Shown: piece after piece, positions 27,385 through 32,000 of the stretch
Position numbering within the stretch: position 1 is the stretch's first letter
How the letters are laid out: each line of letters starts with the position of its first letter
Assembly: GCF_900119485.1 (NCBI RefSeq)
Contig: NZ_FPJZ01000006.1
Span: 91,263-123,262 of the forward strand
DNA from: Thermoactinomyces sp. DSM 45891
Lineage (GTDB): Bacteria; Bacillota; Bacilli; Thermoactinomycetales; Thermoactinomycetaceae
Length of the DNA stretch: 32,000 bases
Direction of reading: 5' to 3'
Translations under genes and position numbers: made by a program
The notes under the pieces: generated by a model
Told to the model about the DNA's origin: nothing
Seen by the model: only the letters and a program-made list of their open reading frames with translations
The model's database searches: none

Positions 27385-27644
27385 TTTAACCCTCTTTCTT
27401 GAATAAGCCTTAATTTCTGCAACCGTGTCATTTTCTTAATTTCATATTCGCGCCGCTGTGCCCAAGATCGCCCTATCCCTTCCTCTTGATACACATACAC
27501 AACAGGAGTTCTCGCTCTCGTATAATGTGCCCCTTTACCCGAATTATGAACATCCAATCGCTTACTAAGATTCGTTGTACACCCCGTATAAAGTGTTTTA
27601 TCTTTACAACGTACGATGTAGACATAATAGGGAATCTCCTTCAA
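27381..27644 (-). CDS. yazA: GIY-YIG domain protein (YazA family)
   Basis: YYVYIVRCKDKTLYTGCTTNLSKRLDVHNSGKGAHYTR is the GIY-YIG motif set. There is a 4-nt ATGA overlap with rsmI. Confidence 0.85.
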   Translation of the reverse strand: MKEIPYYVYIVRCKDKTLYTGCTTNLSKRLDVHNSGKGAHYTRARTPVVYVYQEEGIGRSWAQRREYEIKKMTRLQKLRLIQERGLK

Positions 27645-27694
27645 TTCCTCACCCCATTTATGAAAAAAACGCTGGGAGACTTTCTTCCCAGACG

Positions 27695-28072
27695 TTATTC
27701 ATCAGATATGGTTTTGTTTAAAAAAGCGAGACAGAACAGACAATCCCCTTCTGTCCTCATCCGACCATAGTGGACATTACAAATATGAAAGCCTTCTTCA
27801 TATAACTTGGTTAGATTATTATAGCCCTCTTTGGTCTCTGGTACATCCGCATCTGTATGCTCTGATATGACTAAGGTTGTCGAATTTGATTCCGTACACT
27901 TCGATGCTGCTTGCAAATGTTCTTGGTAACGTTGTTTTTCTAATACCAAGCGTGTATTTTCTTCTATCAATTCTATAACCTGTGCCTTTAAGTTGCCTAT
28001 TTCTTCATATAACTCGCCAATCCGTTCTTCCACCTGAGCAACCTGCTTGAAAATCGCTTGTTTATCCACCAA
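27695..28072 (-). CDS. yabA: DNA replication initiation control protein YabA
   Basis: An N-terminal coiled coil ([30 protein letters not shown]) and a C-terminal Zn-binding motif (HICNVHYG...CLFCLAFL). Confidence 0.9.
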   Translation of the reverse strand: MVDKQAIFKQVAQVEERIGELYEEIGNLKAQVIELIEENTRLVLEKQRYQEHLQAASKCTESNSTTLVISEHTDADVPETKEGYNNLTKLYEEGFHICNVHYGRMRTEGDCLFCLAFLNKTISDE

Positions 28073-28113
28073 GCTACCACCTCATTACTTCCAGACACGT
28101 TTTCCAGATCCAT

Positions 28114-28917
28114 TTAGGCTTCGATTGTAACCTCGTCTAAAGAATGCTCTACCATCTTACCGGAGCCGGCTAACTGTACCTGAACTCGCCTCTCCATCAA
28201 ATCCAGTAAGACCACTTCTCCTTCGCCTTCTGGTGTATGTACAAGTTCACCAAGGTCCGGTAGAACTACTGCGTTTCCTTCATAGTGATCATTTTCATAC
28301 TTTAAACAACACATCAACCTACCACATAGGCCTGAGATCTTCGTTGGGTTCAGCGATAGGTTTTGGTCCTTGGCCATCTTGATCGAAACAGGCTCAAAAT
28401 CCCCTAGAAACGAAGAGCAACATAACACACGACCACAAGGTCCCAGTCCTCCCAGCATCTTCGCTTCATCTCTAACACCGATCTGCCTCAGCTCAATACG
28501 AGTCCGAAAAGCCGCTGCTAAATCCCGAACTAGTTCACGAAAGTCCACACGCCCATCTGCTGTAAAATAGAAAATGATCTTATTTCGATCAAACGTATAT
28601 TCTGCATCAACCAGTTTCATCACTAAGGAATGGAAGAGAACCTTCTCTTTACAGGTTTTAAGAGCTTCCATCGCAGCTTGCTCATTTTCCATCATCTGTC
28701 TCGTGTCATCACTTGTGGCAATTCGAATCACCTGTTTCAACGGAAGAACTACCTCATCCTTTGAAACATAGCGTACGCCTACTACCACCTGACCATACTC
28801 AATACCTCTTACTGTCTCCACAACTACAGCATCCCCTTGCTGGATTTGTAGAGCTCCTGGATCAAAAAAATAAATCTTGCCCGCTTGTCTAAAACGGACA
28901 CCAATAATCTTAAACAC
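28114..28917 (-). CDS. ricT: PSP1-domain regulatory iron-sulfur protein RicT (YaaT)
   Basis: IIGVRFRQAGKIYFFDPG, GPCGRVLCCSSFL and LSGLCGRLMCCLKYE are the RicT/PSP1 cysteine motifs. The start is GTG at 28917, with GGAGGG 8 nt upstream. Confidence 0.92.
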   Translation of the reverse strand: MFKIIGVRFRQAGKIYFFDPGALQIQQGDAVVVETVRGIEYGQVVVGVRYVSKDEVVLPLKQVIRIATSDDTRQMMENEQAAMEALKTCKEKVLFHSLVMKLVDAEYTFDRNKIIFYFTADGRVDFRELVRDLAAAFRTRIELRQIGVRDEAKMLGGLGPCGRVLCCSSFLGDFEPVSIKMAKDQNLSLNPTKISGLCGRLMCCLKYENDHYEGNAVVLPDLGELVHTPEGEGEVVLLDLMERRVQVQLAGSGKMVEHSLDEVTIEA

Positions 28918-29087
28918 TCAATGATCCCTCCTGCATGCCGCCCAATTCACCTGATGGGGTTCTTCTGCATGGGGTCCGTAACTTTCACCCTATTCAAAAG
29001 ACGATGTCTCCATCCCCAACTTGCTCGGGATCTGTCTCACTTTGTTTTTGAAAGAAACAATCTTCAAAAATGAAAATAGAAAAAACA

Positions 29088-29116
29088 TCTATATCATATG
29101 GTATATACCGTAGCAA
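29088..29116 (-). promoter_or_regulatory. Candidate sigma-A promoter for ricT-yabA
   Basis: The minus strand reads TTGCTA-17 nt-TATAGA in the 300-nt tmk-ricT gap. It would give a leader of about 165 nt. Confidence 0.3.
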
Positions 29117-29215
29117 TCAGACAGCGGATACTCCCTCTACTCATTCTATCACCTGTTCGTAAACTTCGGCAAACCCTTCTTCCTAAAACAAACCTAATTC
29201 CTGTAGCTCATTTCC

Positions 29216-29839
29216 TTATGACATTAGCTGTAAGAGGTCCTGTCTGATTTCCCAGTTAATATCCTCCAGCTCTTGATCTCCTGATATCACCCTATATCTA
29301 TGTGGATATCTTGTGGATAACTCAAGATATCCTTCACGCACACGTCGATGAAAAGAGGAATCCCGCTGTTCCATCCGATCCATATCTCCCCCACGTGCTT
29401 TTACCCTGCTTTCGCTCACTTCAGGAGGAATATCCAATAAGTACGTTCGATGCGGTCTCAGCCCCGAAGTCGCTTTCTCATTAATCGTAAGCACAACCTC
29501 TAGCGGAACACCTGCTCCGTAACTTTGATAAGCAACACTAGAGTCCACATAGCGATCACATAGAACCATTTTCCCCTCTGCCAAAGCAGGCATAATCACT
29601 TCACCGACCAATTGTGCTCTTGATGAGGCATATAGCAGCACCTCTGTTAGCATGGACATTTCTTCAAACTCTGGATGTAGAACCAATTCTCGAATCTCAT
29701 TTCCAATACGAGTTCCACCTGGTTCACGTACATGAATGTATGAAATCCCTTGATGATCCAACCATTCACATATTCTGCGTATCTGAGTCGTTTTTCCTGC
29801 TCCCTCTGGTCCTTCAAATGATATAAATAAACCGTCCAT
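29216..29839 (-). CDS. tmk: Thymidylate kinase
   Basis: FISFEGPEGAGKTT (P-loop), DRYVDSSVAYQ, and a lid region. I set the start at ATG 29839 (GGAGTG SD). The track ORF extension overlaps the yaaO 3' end. Confidence 0.93.
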   Translation of the reverse strand: MDGLFISFEGPEGAGKTTQIRRICEWLDHQGISYIHVREPGGTRIGNEIRELVLHPEFEEMSMLTEVLLYASSRAQLVGEVIMPALAEGKMVLCDRYVDSSVAYQSYGAGVPLEVVLTINEKATSGLRPHRTYLLDIPPEVSESRVKARGGDMDRMEQRDSSFHRRVREGYLELSTRYPHRYRVISGDQELEDINWEIRQDLLQLMS

Positions 29840-29903
29840 CGATTCACTCCAATTCACCGAAGGAACAAATTCCCCTTCAGCGCGCTTATGTCTTTCAATA
29901 GTG

Positions 29904-31358
29904 CTAAACAAAAACTATATTAACTCTAACTTCTGATGTTAGTTGATCTTGATATAGCCCTCGAATGCGATATCCAGCTCGGTCGGCGCCTCTTAGGTAT
30001 TCCATCCATTCACATGTCAAACGTTCGCCTGGCAAAAGTACAGGAATCCCGGGTGGGTAAGGTACTATGGGTTCCGTAATGATCCCGTCTATCGCGTCCT
30101 CTAAGCACAATCGAACATGCTGATGTTTCCTAATGTCTTGAAAAGGTAACACAAATTCAGTTGTACTCGGTAAGCGAAGAACAATGGAATCTCTCTCTGA
30201 CAACCTATTTTCGCAACTATCCAACCAGCAGTCTAATTCCAACAACACCTTCTTTAGTCGAATCAATGATCCTTCAGGGTGTCCTAGCGAGAAGCAGAAC
30301 AACACCCGACGATCATCAGCTAATTCGGTATAAATCCCCTTATCCTCTAGAAAAGCTTGCATCTCGAATCCCGTCATTTGTCCACTACTGGCGATTACCA
30401 TTTTACAAGGGTCCTGACATTTTAGATGGTGTAACGATAACTCTTGAACCCATTTACAATAGGGAAACGTATCCTTTTTAAACTGATCTATTTCCGTCAG
30501 CAGTCGTCCAAATAAATGGTATCCATTTACAGCAACCTGTTTCCGCGCTAAATCTAATGAAGCAAGCAGTGGATAAGAAGGGCTACTGGATTGAACAATC
30601 CGTAATTGTCTCTCCAGATCATTTATCCTAACTCGACTACTCCCCACATGTAACATCGAGCTCATCGTCATCGATCCAAGCATTTTATGAGTCGATTGTA
30701 CAACGAGATCCGCACCTTGTGACAAAGCAGAATTTGGAAGATTAGGATGAAAACCAAAATGAGCCCCATGAGCCTCGTCCACCAATAATGGTACATCAAA
30801 CTGATGGCAAATATCTGCTATTTTCCTTATTGGTTGAACCATTCCATAGTAGCTTGGGCTTGTCATCACTACTAACTTAACCATCTCATGCCTACATTTT
30901 TGCACCAACCAATCCAGATCTAACGGCCTTTCGAAACCTGTATCCGAGTGGTATGCATCTTTCCAATAAATAGGTGAAACACCTGCTAACATGCATCCGT
31001 GAAATACAGACTGGTGACAGCTTCGTTGCAAAATCACCTTGTCGCCAGGCAAACACATCGTGAGGATGCTCGCTATATTCCCAGCCGTACTACCGCCTAC
31101 CAGATAAAACGTTTTTTCTGCACCAAACGCCTCCGCCGCAAGATATTCAGCTCTGGCAATCACTCCACTTGGATGATGAAGATCATCTAGGCCCGTTACC
31201 TCAGTTTGATCTATTTGAAGAATCGATTGAAACAAATTATCTTTGTGATCCAGAAAATTTGCGCCTTGCTTATGCCCAGGAACATGGTAGCTATCTGTCT
31301 TCTTGTCTTTATGATGTAGTAACGCCTCGTAAATCGGAGTTTTTTCCTGGTTTTCCAT
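29904..31358 (-). CDS. yaaO: PLP-dependent Orn/Lys/Arg decarboxylase family protein (YaaO-like)
   Basis: YHVPGHKQG, the PLP-lysine motif QSTHKMLGSMTMSSML, SSSPSYPLLASLD and PYPPGIPVLLPGE. I set the start at ATG 31358 to align with the B. subtilis YaaO N-terminus. The track ORF starts at a TTG with no SD. Confidence 0.88.
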   Translation of the reverse strand: MENQEKTPIYEALLHHKDKKTDSYHVPGHKQGANFLDHKDNLFQSILQIDQTEVTGLDDLHHPSGVIARAEYLAAEAFGAEKTFYLVGGSTAGNIASILTMCLPGDKVILQRSCHQSVFHGCMLAGVSPIYWKDAYHSDTGFERPLDLDWLVQKCRHEMVKLVVMTSPSYYGMVQPIRKIADICHQFDVPLLVDEAHGAHFGFHPNLPNSALSQGADLVVQSTHKMLGSMTMSSMLHVGSSRVRINDLERQLRIVQSSSPSYPLLASLDLARKQVAVNGYHLFGRLLTEIDQFKKDTFPYCKWVQELSLHHLKCQDPCKMVIASSGQMTGFEMQAFLEDKGIYTELADDRRVLFCFSLGHPEGSLIRLKKVLLELDCWLDSCENRLSERDSIVLRLPSTTEFVLPFQDIRKHQHVRLCLEDAIDGIITEPIVPYPPGIPVLLPGERLTCEWMEYLRGADRAGYRIRGLYQDQLTSEVRVNIVFV

Positions 31359-31380
31359 CTGACTAACAAACCTCTCGTAC

Positions 31381-31408
31381 AAAAAATAAAAGGACTTTAA
31401 AAAGTCCC
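31381..31408 (-). terminator. Intrinsic terminator overlapping the csfB stop codon
   Basis: The minus-strand RNA is GGACUUU-UU-AAAGUCC (effective stem about 5 bp) followed by UUUUAUUUUUU. Confidence 0.45.
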
Positions 31409-31624
31409 TTCTTCTCTTATATCACTCTCATTTAACCATATTTTTTTCAATCTTGAAACATGGAATAAGTACATTTCCGGCTGATCGCAATCTGTATCAA
31501 TGATTACTTGCTCACAGCAGGCGCATATAGGCTTTTCTAACAAGTGTAGCATATCGTCTTGGATGGTATTACATATAATGCATGGTTCTTGAAGATACTT
31601 CGTTTTAGTCGATCCTTCATTCAT
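31397..31624 (-). CDS. csfB: Anti-sigma-G factor CsfB (Gin), zinc-binding
   Basis: CIICNTIQDDMLHLLEKPICACCEQVIIDTDCDQPEMYLFHVSRLKKI parallels B. subtilis CsfB (C.IC...FIC..CE..VI....DP.Y.FYV.KLK.I). An AAGGGGGA SD lies upstream. Confidence 0.85.
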   Translation of the reverse strand: MNEGSTKTKYLQEPCIICNTIQDDMLHLLEKPICACCEQVIIDTDCDQPEMYLFHVSRLKKIWLNESDIREEGTF

Positions 31625-31841
31625 CTCTTTTCCCCCTTATGTCCGAACCTTTTTACTTACCTTCTATAATTGACTAAATGTTCCTTTTTTATAACCACAC
31701 CGTTCAGATTATACATTTTATTATCAATCTATCGAAATGTAATTTCTTATCACTCAGCGAATTTTTTTGATAAATTACCTTTTAGTCGAATAAAAAAGTC
31801 GTAATTGTGAAATGGTACCTCTTATAGGAGGTATGATCGTT

Positions 31842-32000
31842 ATGATATCTGTAAAGCAAGCGATTCCATTCGTTTTTTGTATATTTATTCCGATTTTAAC
31901 CATATTACGCCTACTTTTTATTTCACGTAATCGTGCTAATGCTGTAGAGGGACTTTCTCATCCCACTGAACATTCTTCCCTCCAAACAAATCCCGAGTAA
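31842..32000 (+). CDS. Hypothetical small membrane protein (52 aa from ATG 31842)
   Basis: AGGAGG lies 10 nt upstream of ATG 31842. One hydrophobic helix (AIPFVFCIFIPILTILRLLFI) is followed by a polar tail. The stop TAA is at 31998-32000. I recognise no homology. Confidence 0.3.
   Translation: MISVKQAIPFVFCIFIPILTILRLLFISRNRANAVEGLSHPTEHSSLQTNPE

Noticed and set aside
28918-29215. Possible holB/darA/yaaR pseudogene remnant in the tmk-ricT gap
   Set aside because: My hand translation of the minus strand ran into frequent stops. The fragments (for example EEGFAEVYEQVIE) do not resemble HolB, DarA or YaaR as I remember them. The region is kept as a synteny-break finding instead.
31625-31800. 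Sigma-F/G promoter for csfB (GTATA-N13-GGTTATAAA, or GGACATAAG near the SD)
   Set aside because: The spacing and the -10 positions do not fit the consensus, and the second candidate would start transcription inside the SD. I could not support a call.
1-32000. CRISPR arrays, tRNA/rRNA genes, IS elements and prophage genes
   Set aside because: I noticed no regularly spaced direct repeats, no cloverleaf-like or rRNA-like segments, and no transposase, integrase or phage structural ORFs anywhere in the window.

Overview
This window is the origin-proximal housekeeping and sporulation gene array of an endospore-forming Firmicute (Bacillales-like, roughly 40-45% GC by eye). Almost every gene lies on the minus strand. 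Read right to left, the order matches my memory of B. subtilis 168: csfB, yaaO, tmk, ricT, yabA, yazA, rsmI, abrB (the only major plus-strand gene), metG, tatD, rnmV, rsmA, veg, sspF, ispE, purR, ridA, spoVG, glmU, prs, pth, fin, mfd, spoVT, yabM, mazG/yabN, yabO, yabP, yabQ. Regulatory elements I could read directly include a methionine T-box leader ahead of metG. They also include sigma-G/F-type promoters ahead of spoVT and fin, an abrB sigma-A promoter with a Spo0A box, tandem veg promoters, and about a dozen intrinsic terminators. I saw no rRNA, tRNA, CRISPR array, transposase or integrase. The main departure from the canonical layout is a block of about 3.9 kb between abrB and the metG leader. 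It carries a NurA-like nuclease gene and a HerA/FtsK-clade ATPase gene as a tight two-gene operon, plus a separately transcribed alpha/beta hydrolase. This bacterial NurA-HerA module shares a divergent control region with abrB and is the best candidate for an uncharacterised DNA-processing or defence system. Other departures: holB, darA and yaaR are absent between tmk and ricT, leaving a 300-nt non-coding gap. A DUF458/YkuK gene sits where yabG normally is. A signal peptidase I gene is apparently co-transcribed with the T-box-controlled metG. A lipoprotein PPIase gene overlaps the end of mfd. All calls rest on reading the translations and motifs by eye and on remembered family signatures. No searches were run.
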